Source of the DNA: Laetmonice hystrix
Lineage: Eukaryota
NCBI GenBank assembly: GCA_965235115.1
Contig: OZ249447.1
Location: 5,146,001-5,210,000 of the forward strand
DNA: 64,000 nucleotides
Reading direction: 5' to 3'
Of this stretch, positions 25,659-37,994 are shown piece by piece. The notes beneath the pieces are model-generated. The model was not told where the DNA came from. It did no database searches and saw only the letters and a program-made list of their open reading frames with translations. A program made the position numbers and the translations under genes. Position 1 is the first letter of the stretch; every line of letters starts with the position of its first letter.

Positions 25659-26885
25659 CCGGAAACTTGAATAAGGTTGATTCCGGAAAACCTGGCTGAC
25701 TCTCTCTTAGATTAGTTGCCGATACCGTCGCTAGGTGGCTACAATATAAGGATCGGTATTGGGCAGAAATCTGCTTGTGGTCGGAAGGCAATCTCCTAGC
25801 ACAAGGCTTTCGCTTCCTGTCTTGTCTTGCCAGCTGCAATGGGATATATGTGTGGCGGGGGCCCGGCGTGTTGATTCCAAGTTCTGCGCCCCCTCCCTTC
25901 ACTTCTGTCCTCAGGTGGCCAGACTGCTGTTCCATTGGTACAATCTGCCACTACAGCCGTTGTCGCCGCCCATCTCACCGTCAGCTGTGAATCCTCATTT
26001 CTGTCACTTAACACGTTCAAACTGGAGGTCGGCGAGACCTGACTACAACCGCCCGCAACATAACCCCTCCGTCACTGGTATCATACGGTATATCACCGTC
26101 CAACGACAGACCGACCAGCCTCACAATATACCTCTCAAGTACTGCACAGTGTATCGAAACCAGGTGTGAAAGCAATGGAGATCTGTCGGACCTAGATTCC
26201 CTGGTTATGCAGGTCCTAGGTAATCAACTTAGTGGTATAAGACAATATAATTAAGAAAATACAAATGGATTTAGGTTAAGATTAGGATTAGGGATAGGAT
26301 TCTGAAGAAATATTTCCGATTTTTTATTTTGAAATTTCCTCAAAAAACGCCAAATCCGCTTATATAGGCGCACGCCTAAAAGTGTGTCAATACGGTACCT
26401 AAATCATACCTGATACAAATTGGTATAGGCACGCACTGGCCCCGTCACTTTCGCCTCTTTGCCAACTCTGTCCTACAGAATCCCCCCCCCCCCCTCCGTC
26501 CTCGGGCCCAGACACAAAGAGATTAGGTACCCCCCCCCCTCCAGTCCACTGTCCAGCAAATAATCCCTGGTTCAACCAACTATGGAAGCTGGTCTTAACA
26601 TACGCCGGTGTTACCATGGTAGCAGCATGCGCTCAACGTGTCTATGATTGAATGAAAACAAACCACCGTCAGAACTCGCTTCATTTTTACCTTGATACCA
26701 AACAAAGTGGTGTGTTCTATGGCAGATAGGAATTTTCACAGAGCTGTGACCATGTCCCTGAACGTAAGCGAAGCATTAAATCGGCAGAACTAGAGATGTG
26801 TGTAAAGTCGACTTCTAGAATTACATTCGGATCCTCTATGGTTTGCCTGACACAAGGATCGGCGTGGTTCAATGTTTGCTTGCCA

Positions 26886-27553
26886 ACCAGACACCTACTC
26901 AGTGTTGGCTTGTCCACCAAACACCACTGCCTGACTGTCTCAGTGTTAACTTGTCCACCAGATACCACTGTCTGACTGGCTCAGTGTTGGCTTGTCCACC
27001 AGACACCACTGTCTGACTGGCTCAGTGTCAGCTTGTCCACCAGACACCACTGCCTGACTGTCTCAGTGTTAACTTGTCCACCAGATACCACTGTCTGACT
27101 GGCTCAGTGTTGGCTTGTCCACCAGACACCACTGTCTGACTGGCTCAGTGTCAGCTTGTCCACCAGACACCACTGTCTGACTGGCTCAGTGTTAGCTTGT
27201 CCACCAGACACACTGTCTGACTGGCTCAGTGTTAGCTTGTCCACCAGATACCACTGTCTGACTGGCTCAGTGTCAGCTTGTTCACCAGAGACCACTGTCT
27301 GACTGGCTCAGTGTTAGCTTGTCCACCAGACATACTGTCTGACTGGCTCAGTGTTAGCTTGTCCACCAGAGACCACTGTCTGACTGGCTCAGTGTTAGCT
27401 TGTCCACCAGACATACTGTCTGACTGGCTCAGTGTTAGCTTGTCCACCAGATACCACTGTCTGACTGGCTCAGTGTTAGCTTGTCCACCAGAGACCACTG
27501 TCTGACTGGCGCAGTGTCAGCTTGTCCACCAGACACCACTGTCTGACTGGCTC
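26886..27553. repeat. Minisatellite, 41-bp unit, ~16 copies
   Basis: ccactgtctgactggctcagtgttagcttgtccaccaga(c/t/g)a repeated. Confidence 0.95.
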
Positions 27554-28233
27554 AAAGATGCTTCTCCTTTGGTTGGAAACGTAATAGTATGTATAGTGTT
27601 CCACTCTATATTCAACATTTCTCGTGCAATGAAGCTTCCTGTGCACACGAAAATTACCATGGAAACGTTTTAAACAGGATATAGGAAAGATTCCTTATTT
27701 CAGCTGCTGCTAGAAGGGGGATCCCACAATTGGTATGACGTATTGTTTTGCAATCCATCCGACCACTTTAGATGGTATAATTTCCGTTGCCATGACGCGT
27801 GCAGCTTCCTGTGTTACCCGAGTGATGGCAGGATAAACTCCGCAACGCAGGCACAATCACCTGCAGCTTCCTCACCAAGTCTAATGGCTGACAAAGTGTA
27901 ATTCTTCCCATTATTACCCGCCTGAGAGTCTAATTTCTGACCTTCAACGTTCAGAAACGATTCTACCATCTGAAGCAGCTGCACGACCAGTCCACGGTTA
28001 CGGACACAGGAGTAATAGAATAAAGGTTACAATATAAGGTTGAGATTATAAATTTAAGGTTGTGTCGGTCTGTATAATGGGTCACCATACACAAAAACAC
28101 ACCATCCTGCTCCATTTAATGGTCATTCTCACATCATCTCACCCACCGGAACGTAATTATGCCAGGGATTCAGGAAACTGCCGAGGTGTGACCAGGCAGC
28201 AATCACCATCGCAGCATGCAGATTCAAATAACT

Positions 28234-29480
28234 CAGAGAATCTGAGAATCATGGAAGCGATCAGAGAATGACGATCGATCGGAGAATCCGAGGATCATGG
28301 AAGCGATCGGAGAATCTGAGGATCATGGAAGCTATCGGAGAATCTGAGGATCATGGAAGCGATCGGAGAATCTGAGGATCATGGAAGCGATCAGAGAATC
28401 TGAGGATCATGGAAGCGATCGGAGAATCTGAGAATCATGGAAGCTATCGGAGAATGACGATCATGGAAGCGATCGGAGAATCTGAGGATCATGGAAGCGA
28501 TCGGAGAATCCGAGGATCATGGAAGCGATCGGAGAATCCGAGGATCATGGAAGCGATCGGAGAATCTGAGGATCATGGAAGCGATCGGAGAAACCGAGGA
28601 TCATGGAAGCGATCAGAGAATCTGAGGATCATGGAAACGATTGGAGAAACCGAGGATAATGGAAGCGATCAGAGAATCCGAGGATCATGGAAGCGATCTG
28701 AGAATCTGAGGATCATCGAAGCGATCGGAGAATCCGAGGATCATGGAAGTGATCGGAGAATCTGAGGATCATGGAAGTGATCGGAGAATCTGAGGATCAT
28801 GGAAGCGATCTGAGAATCTGAGGATCATGGAAGCGATCAGAGAATCTGAGGATCATGGAAGCGATCTGAGAATCCGAGGATCATGGAAGCGATCAGAGAA
28901 TCTGAGGATCATGGAAGCGATCGGAGAATCTGAGGATCATGGAAGCGATCAGAGAATCTGAGGATCTGAGGATCATGGAAGCGATCAGAGAATCTGAGGA
29001 TCATGGAAACAATCAGAGAATGACGATCATGGAAGCGATCGGAGAATCTGAGGATCATGGAAGCGATCGGAGAATCATGAAAGCGATCGGAGAATCTGAG
29101 GATCATGGAAGCGATCAGAGAATCCGAGGATCATGGAAGCGATCGGAGAATCTGAGGATCATGGAAGCGATCGGAGAATCTGAGGATCATGGAAGCGATC
29201 GGAGAATCTGAGGATCATGGAAGCGATCAGAGAATCTGAGGATCATGGAAGCGATCGGAGAATCTGAGGATCATGGAAGCGATCGGAGAATCTGAGGATC
29301 ATGGAAGCGATCGGAGAATCTGAGGATCATGGAAACGATCAGAGAATGACGATCATGGAAGCGATCGGAGAATCCGAGGATCATGGAAGCGATCAGCGAT
29401 CAGAGAATCTGAGGATCATGGAAGCGATCAGAGAATCTGAGGATCATGGAAGTGATCAGAGAATCTGAGGATCATGGAAG
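28234..29480. repeat. Minisatellite, 28-bp unit, ~45 copies
   Basis: gaggatcatggaagcgatcggagaatct repeated with indel variants. Confidence 0.97.
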
Positions 29481-31883
29481 TGATCAGAGAATACCACTGG
29501 CTTCGCCAAGACTATTATGTATTACTCTATTATGTAACAATTGCTTCTATACTTATAACATGCGCATTGTTAGGCTGGAGGCTGCCTCTATCGATTTTGG
29601 ATAAAGATTTATTCCCGTATATTCTGTTGCTATTAAGGAGAAGAGAGCCTTATTTCATGTGTCAATAGAAATCTGGAACCAACCTGAGATTCAATAACCG
29701 GTCGACCGACACTTTCCATGGAACAATAGAGGAGTGGTCAACTTACCTGGAAAGGTAAAAACACAATACTATAAGATATGACGTACATATGCTGGGGTTA
29801 ATAACATAAAGGACTCGAGTGGTGAGTGAAAGATACGAGTGTGCGAGCCAGTCAGTGTCTGACTGGTTAAGTGCAGGGTCATCGGCCTCTCCGACACCTC
29901 CAGGGCGAAAACACATATGGTCGGATGCAAGAACATAGTCTCGAGATTAACCCAATCTGTGGATTTACACATTTTTCAGTTCCCAGAAAGTCAGAAGTTT
30001 CTAACCTTTTCTCATTTTTGGAGACTGACCCTTATTTCGCTGGCCAAGCACCAAAGAATTCCATTAAACATGACTACAAAACGTACCCAACCTTAAATCT
30101 AGGCTAGATAGTAAGTTAAGCCATTCTTAGGATTAACTTCACAATTTATGTTCTTGCATACGGCCAATAATGTATACTGTACTTTCTAACTTATTCAGCC
30201 TGTTGGTGGCACGACCTGCTCTATAGTCTGATCTTCGGGTCCACTAAATGCCATACATTTGGTTTCTCCTATATCTACATGGAGTTGATTAGATCGGCGC
30301 TCACCTGAAAGTTTTAAGCAATAGGTTCTCCTAGTATTGTGTGGAATTAATAACGTCATTACTGACTGTATTTACCAAGACCCCCTGATACACCAAGGAA
30401 AGACAGTGCCAATCAATTAGAATAGGCAGACGATCGGATCTGTCACCGACACTGCCGCCACTGGCAGAATTCCTCTCTGCTAACATCATTCGACGTCCTG
30501 TGAGCTTATTGAACAATCGGGTTTCCATCATCAAGATGTTAATATTGCAAACATCAGGAGGCCAATGTTGGATGCCATTTCCTTGCAAATAAAACCAATT
30601 CCAGGCAAGAGTAGAATAATAACTTTGGAAACAAAGAGGTAGCTTATTTAAAAATCTAAATAAGAATAATAAAGATGTCGGCAGACTTAGATATAGACAT
30701 ATAGACCTCAAAAATTAAGTCTTGAGATCTTTTCTAAATGTCCCAGTCACCACAAATCTGGTGTCAAGAAGAATAACCAACAACACTTTATTTTTTATCC
30801 TAGCAGTAATCTATCCATCACTCTCAGTCTACCGTCCAGGCATCAGACTCCCTTCAGCCGACCTCTAGTCAATGTTTTATAACTATTAGTATCCTCTGAA
30901 CTATTTAATACAGTCTGAAACGCCACGGGCTATCATACTCAATTACAGCACACATAGTAAAAACAGCTCTATCAATCTCGGCTCAATCCATCAGGTTCAC
31001 TGCCATTATTTGCTCTCCATTCTTGACATTGGATATCATCACTTCATACACATACAGTATTAACTTAAGAAAAAAACTGATCCTCTTTTTTCTTTAAACA
31101 AGAAAACTACAATATTTCAACATGAAATTTCCCTTTTCACATTAAGTCTGGGAGATTAAGACGTAAAGCTTTACATTTTAGTCGAGAATTTTGAAGAGAA
31201 ATTTTGCATTCCTAACAACCTGTGGTGATAGGGGGATGACAATTTTATTATCTCTTTTCTGTAAAATATCTCGCAGCTTAATGTAAGCATCTTTCATATC
31301 GCTAAAACCATATATTATCAGTGCCACATAGATTACCGCAGCTGTAAAGCAACAACCCTTGTAGAAATTACACCCGAGTTACTACACTACTCACTCGTCT
31401 CGTCAACCATATCTAAAGCAGAAAAACAGGACAAGTGGCATCCTGAGATCCATACCATGACCTCCTCCAGACACCGCCGGTAGGCACACACCCTCAAAGA
31501 CTATGTATCATCACTCCCATTTCGCTATACTACTGATATGTGCTTCACTGACAAGTGTGGTAGATCGTACCTTGGTTCTATCTGACCTGAAGCACTCTTA
31601 AAAAACAAATGGAGAAAATAACAGCCTCTCTAAACCGCGCCTCTGTACAGAGGCTGCTAGACATAGACAAGGAATGCAAAGGGAGCGCCAAAGGGGGTAA
31701 CCAGCTGCATACTTAAAAACAACATCCTTGAACAAACTGAACATTACGCCTCCTGTAGATATCTATTCTGTATCTTTTAAACATAAACTGTGATCTCCGA
31801 AACATCACAGTTGGCTAGAATGTTGAAATTGATATTGTCGCAGAAGCACCGTTTTTAATTTTGTGCTACATCGGTGCGTTTTT

Positions 31884-32189
31884 TAAGTGCGTATCAACGT
31901 GGCAGGTCCAGCTGTCTGGCTTGGTTCTATAAGTGCGTATCGGCGTGGCAGGTCCAGCTCTCTGGCTTGGTTCTATAAGTGCGTATCGGCGTGGCAGGTC
32001 CAGCTGTCTGGCTTGGTTCTGTAAGTGCGTATCGGCGTGGCAGGTCCAGCTGTCTGGCTTGGTTCTGTAAGTGCGTATCGGCGTGGCAGGTCCAACTGTC
32101 TGGCTTGGTTCTGTAAGTGCGTATCGGCGTGGCAGGTCCAACTGTCTGGCTTGGTTCTGTAAGTGCGTATCGGCGTGGCAGGTCCAGCT
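31884..32189. repeat. Minisatellite, 46-bp unit, ~6.5 copies
   Basis: gtgcgtatcggcgtggcaggtccagctgtctggcttggttctgtaa at 31887, 31933, 31979... Confidence 0.95.
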
Positions 32190-32512
32190 GGCCTGACCTG
32201 AACAGGAATGTGTACTACAAGAGGCGGTCTCTGATTTCATCGGGTTCCCTTCCCACGTCCACGTATTGACCCTCGTGCTTTAACCGCCCGCTCGGCTTCT
32301 AGACTTCCTGATATACACACGGCCAATTATCTGATCATACCAGCAGGTCTGATAGGTCTTTCTGTGTCTTCTCGAGCATTCCGCCATTCTGGGGGGCGGG
32401 GGGGGGGGGGGGGGGGGGAGTTGACGGAGTTTACCGGGGTAGCTTAGGGGTAGGATAAAAAAGAAAGATACCGCCAGAACGCTTGGGGGGGGGGGCTTAC
32501 CTAACTTACCTA

Positions 32513-33100
32513 ACTATACCACCAGCTCTACAAGACTGACAGACCTCCATTGACCTAACCATACCGGCAGGTCTGACAGCAATCTAATATACGGCCGGCT
32601 CTGGCAGACCTCCATTGACCTAACCATACCACCATCTCTGCAAGACTGATAGACCTCCATTGACCTAGCCATACCGGCGGCTCTGACATGAATCTAATAC
32701 GTATTTTACTATACCACCGGCTCTGGCTGACCTCCACTGACCTAACCATACCGGCGGCTCTAGCAGACCTCCACTGACCTTACCATACCGGCGGCTCTGA
32801 CATGAATCTAATACGTATTTTACTATACCACTGGCTCTGGCTGACCTCCATTGACCTCACCATACCGGCGGCTCTGACATGAATCTAATACGTATTTTAC
32901 TATACCACTGGCTCTGGCTGACCTCCATTGACCTCACCATACCGGCGGCTCTGACATGAATCTAATACGTATTTTACTATACCACCGGCTCTGGCTGACC
33001 TCCACTGACCTCACCATACCGGCAGGTCTGACAGGAATCTAATACGTATTTTACTATACCACCGGCTCTGGCAAACCTCCACTGACCTGACCATACCGCA
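32513..33100. repeat. Composite minisatellite, ~77-bp unit with shorter sub-units
   Basis: tataccaccggctctggctgacctccactgacct(a/c)accataccggcggctctgacatgaatctaatacgtattttac repeated. Confidence 0.9.
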
Positions 33101-33320
33101 AGCCCTCACAGTTTGCCATTTACTTACCCATACCCTCATCCTTCAAGGGCAAACAACAGAGTGCCAGCAGCGACTGGTTATTGTGTGATCCAAGCAGGAC
33201 ATAAACACCATTTTGATCATGATGAATGTTCCATAACGTTGGCTGTCACCTGCGGGTTATATGGAGATTTAGAACTGTCAGCATCCCCAATGTTCTCTCC
33301 CTCCCATCCAATTTTCTCTC

Positions 33321-33550
33321 AGGCCAGCCAATCGGATTGTCCGGTATAAGCAGGCCAGCCAATCGGATTGTCCGGTATAAGCAGGCCAGCCAATCGGATT
33401 GGCTGGTATAAGCAGGCCAGCAAATCGGACTGGCTGGTATAAGCAAGCCAGCCAATCGGATTGGCCGGTATAAGCAGGCCAGCCAATCGGATTGGCTGGT
33501 ATAAGCAGGCCAGCCAATCGGATTGGCTGGTATAAACTGGCCAGCCAATC
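33321..33550. repeat. Minisatellite, 31-bp unit, ~7 copies, internally palindromic
   Basis: aggccagccaatcggattggctggtataagc; ccagccaatc-g-gattggctgg is an inverted repeat. Confidence 0.95.
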
Positions 33551-33911
33551 CGAAGCCTTCAGCAATGTTTAACAAGTCCCTGGTAGACGGATGGCCTCAT
33601 GCGTGTCTGACTCGTATTATGGTACTAACTACACTATAGTCTGACTGAGACCTCAGTCAACGACTGTTGCCTGAACAAGACGGCATCTCGTGCTGCCTAC
33701 CAGCACGGCTCAGCCATTAGTAGTGTACAAACACTCTATTACAGGGAGTCATGGAGCCTATGCCAGCTCTAACCTTGCAATGGTAGACCTGATCGCTCGC
33801 TGCCTGGCTGGTCAACCTCCACCTCCTCACAATGGACCGGGCGGTCAAACTCAAAACTGCCATCCGTATTTGTATCGTGAGGTCTTTCCACACCGGTTGT
33901 GGAAGGAAGAT

Positions 33912-34579
33912 CTAAGGTCATGCGATACCACAGCGCTATGTACAGTCAATCTCAGGTCATACTATACCACAGCGCTATGTACAGTCAATCTCAGGTCATA
34001 CTATACCACAGCGCTATGTGCGGTCAATCTCAGGTTATACTATACCACAGCGCTATGTGCCGTCAATCTCAGGTCATGCTATACCACAGCGCTATGTGCG
34101 GTCAATCTCAGGTCATACTATACCACAGCGCTATGTGCGGTCAATCTCAGGTCATACTATACCACAGCGCTATGTGCGGTCAATCTCAGGTCATACTGTA
34201 CCACAGCGCTATGTGCGGTCAATCTCAGGTCATACTATACCACCGCGCTATGTGCGGTCAATCTCAGGTCACACTATACCACAGCACTATGTGCGGTCAA
34301 TCTCAGGTCACACTATACCACAGCGCTATGTGCGGTCAATCTCAGGTCATACTATACCACCGCGCTATGTGCGGTCAATCTTAGGACAGGTCATACTATA
34401 CCACAGCGCTATGTACAGTCAATGTCAGGTCATACTATACCACAGCGCTATGTGTGGTCAATCTCAGGTCATACTATACCACAGCGCTATGTGCGGTATC
34501 TCAGGTCATGCCATACCACAGCGCAATGTGCGGTCAATCTCAGGACATACGATACCACAGCGCTATGTGTGGTCAATCT
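33912..34579. repeat. Minisatellite, 39-bp unit (37-bp variant), left half, ~17 copies
   Basis: tcaggtcatactataccacagcgctatgtgcggtcaatc repeated. Confidence 0.95.
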
Positions 34580-35087
34580 AAGGGTTTAAACATGATTTTC
34601 AGTGTGTGGCCCCAGATCACAGCACGAGGACCGAGACGGAACGTCGAGGTCCGAGTGCTGTGATCTGAGGCCACACACTGAAAATCATGTTTAAACCCTG
34701 TTCTACCATGATAATACCGTATATTAGACACTATTTTATTTCATAAATAATACCTAAAATATCAGAAAAAAGGCTTACCGAGTTTATAAGCTCTACATTA
34801 CGACCGTGTTTACAATTGGCAGTGCATTCCGAGCACGTTATGAAAGGCGCCACCTCAGTGGTTAACATTAGTCTAATTGTGACGCTCTCTATAATTGTTA
34901 GTAATTGTGTCGTCGTCATTGTGATTGTGTCAGCATAATTAAATAGATTCTGAACCAATCACGTTCTATCTTACAACCGCTGACCGTGCTGTTGGTCGCT
35001 TTTGCCGTGCTGTTGGTCTCGAGACCAACAGCACGGTGTTAATCCATCGTTCTCTATAGGGAGTGCACGGCAAGGCATGGTAGAACT
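34580..35087 (-). mobile_element. Non-autonomous Helentron/HINE-like element inserted into the 39-bp array
   Basis: Interrupts a unit at caatc(t)|caggtc with no TSD beyond 1 nt. 11-bp inverted repeats gttctaccatg (34700-10) / catggtagaac (35076-86). A long terminal hairpin (34581-34699) lies outside one of them, and there is an internal 32-bp palindrome (35005-36). The family assignment is inferred from architecture. Confidence 0.6.
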
Positions 35088-35784
35088 CAGGTCATACTAT
35101 ACCACATCGCTATGTGCAGTCAATCTAAGGTCATACTATACCACAGCGCTATGTGTGGTCAATCTCAGGTCATACTATACCACAGCGCTATGTGCGGTAT
35201 CTCAGGTCATACTATACTACAGCGCTATGTGCGGTATCTCAGGTCATACTATACCACAGCGCTATGTGCGGTCAATCTCAGGTCACACTATACCACAGCG
35301 CTATGTGTGGTCAATCTCAGGTCATACTATACCACAGCGCTATGTGCGGTATCTCAGGTCATGCCATACCACAGCGCTATGTGCGGTCAATCTCAGGTAA
35401 TACTATACCACAGCGCTATGTGTGGTCAATCTCAGGTCATGCGATACCACAGCGCTATGTGTGGTCAATCTCAGGTCATACTATACCACAGCCCTATGTG
35501 CGGTCAATCTGAGGTCATGCTATACCACAGCGCTATGTACAGTCAATCTCAGGTCACACTATACCACAGCGCTATGTACAGTCAATCTCAGGTCACACTA
35601 TACCACAGCGCTATGTACAGTCAATCTCAGGTCATGCGATACCACAGCGCTATGTACAGTCAATCTCAGGTTATGCTATACCACAGCCCTATGTGCGGTC
35701 AATCTCGGGTCATACTATACCACAGCGCTACGTGCAGTCAATCTCAGGTCATACTATACCACAGCGCTATGTGTGGTCAATCTC
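35087..35784. repeat. Minisatellite, 39-bp unit, right half, ~18 copies
   Basis: Same unit and orientation as 33912-34579. Confidence 0.95.
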
Positions 35785-37994
35785 AAAACTGCCTTCAGCA
35801 TCATCTAGAAAATTCCCTAACCTATTTATTCCGTGCCACCTGAAGAAAAAAGGAGGGGGGGGGGGTAATTAGTACACGTGTACTGATCCTTGAGATTTCC
35901 TATGGGGAATAGGGCCAATCTTACCCGACGCATTCCTCGGTGTGAATGACCTCAGGTCAACTAGGACGTCACAGACAGCCTGCAGGTCACGCCCTCTTTC
36001 CTTACCTCCTGCTATTAGATTACATGTATGGTATGAACATTTATGACGGCCCTAATGTCATATTCCAGCCTTACGATTCGTCTGCGCTGTCTTTAATACC
36101 AAATCCCTAATTCTGTGCCTGGTTGACGGCCCCACTCTCGGAGGTGACCAGTAAAATCAAGTCATGCTACCATGTTGTAATAATCAGTGTCATGTCATAA
36201 TGACAATGGTGGCCCTTGCGGCATCATGTGAACCTGACATGCACCATGTAATCAATGCTATGGTGTGAAAACCCTATTTCCATTGGCCTACATGGCGCCT
36301 GTGGTAACGCTCCATAAATAGGCTGAGGGAGTACCAGCTGAGAGGCCCTCAAGGAATCTGGTCCGGGATGGAAGACGAGGGCAGGGTTTTCAAGCGGGCA
36401 AGTTTTACCCACAGGAACAATCAGGCTGTTTAATGGGGAAAGGAAAAAAATGGCGCTAATCTACAAATCTTGATGTCTGTCTATTTTTAAACCAAGCAGC
36501 CACTTTTTGGTTTCTGTATCCATAAGTAGAAAGCCGCGCCTGTGAATCCCAACCTGAGACGATTTAACCAAGACAAGATTATCTACTGTCATTATAACTG
36601 AAACAACCCTGCCGAGAACTAAGCTAAGCCAGCCTTTGACATTTATGTTCTCCAATAAATGTTCGCAAACAGCAGGAAGCGGATATAGCGCGGTGAGTCA
36701 CTATTTGCTGGGTGAGTCAGGTTTTCCTGAAGAAAACCCGTACTGATCCACTCTGGGTTGTGGCTGGGTGCGGACGGCTTAAGGTCGGTCGGTAACTCGG
36801 CCGGTTTACCCAAGCTGGTCGCAATGTCGATCAGCCCTGCATTGTGAAAAGCTGCCGCTCTACGATATGTTTGATGCGATGTATCTATATACATCGACTT
36901 GAGGGATGCTGCACAGAGTAGGGGCGGAACTTTAATCGTCATAGACCTCAGTGTGGCGTCTACAATGTTTGTCGGGGTCGTGGAGCCCTATCGCTATCCT
37001 CCCCGGCTCTATGGCACCGTACATTACTGATACTGATAGCACTGATATCCGGCTCTATGGCACCGTACATTGCTGATACTGATAGCACTGATATTGATAC
37101 TTCTGTTACCTTGACCTGGCTCTATCACGCTATCAAGTTTTGAACTTGACACGACGACCTCTACCTTGGAACATACTGACTAGATGTTACCAGATGCATA
37201 CCTTGTCCCGGTCAATACATAAAGATACAAGAGTTACAGCTACATTCTCCGGAGGTCATGCTTTCATCCAAGAAAAGAAGTGTTTTGAACGTGTATAACG
37301 TTTGGCACTCCTTACAGTAGTGACAAGAGTTAATAATAGACCTCACACAGTATCAGAAAATCCGATCAACAGCCTCTCCACATCTATATTAGTATTAAAG
37401 CGGAGGTACAGATTGAACAAGTTCTAAAATAGACTTTCTAAAAATATACCTGTGTGATACTTTTCATACTGAAAACTATTGAAAAACACTATCTACTGCT
37501 GCCATCTTCGCGCTGGGAAGAGTGAGTGAAGAGTTGGTGTTGTACGATCTGATTTTCGTGCACACGTTCGCTAATACCACGAATTCAATCCTATAAACAT
37601 ATCTTATCTGCAACATGTTTGCTAGCAGTCAGCTAGTAGTACTTTCATAGGTAGGGGTATTATTATTCTGGTTTACCTCTGCTTTAAGAGGCGGCACTTT
37701 CTTGAATGCTACAACAACAAAAGAGCCATAAAGATGACTTGGTGCACATCGGGCAGCATCCTTGGACGCATCCTTGGTGGTTACACCGACCGTACACAGT
37801 CTGACCATGACTGGTAGCCGACTGGCAGCCAACTGGCAGTTCTAACTCTACCGTTACGTTGAGACGTTCACCATGGTGGGGCTGGTGGGCACGCCACTGA
37901 GGGGGGTGGGGAGACGTACTACCAGACTGGGCATCATGAAAGCCAGCCTCACAGAGCAAGCCAGGAATGGTAGCCGTCAATATCTCGCTTAGCA

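Larger units (their letters stand above)
23768..25741. promoter_or_regulatory. Cluster of CTCF-like motifs
   Basis: Minus-strand matches to CCASYAGRKGGCRS: CCACGAGGTGGCGC (23768-81), 5x CCGCTAGGTGGCAC (array), ACACTAGGTGGCG (~24740), GCGGCAGGTGGCGC (~25354); one plus-strand TCGCTAGGTGGCT (~25728). Motif match only; binding not shown. Confidence 0.55.

Noticed and set aside
36200-36950. Tyrosine-recombinase (DIRS/Crypton) remnant
   Set aside because: Only a vague resemblance (LVLVKSSQ..RRG, TCP); the catalytic R-H-R-Y pattern is not identifiable.
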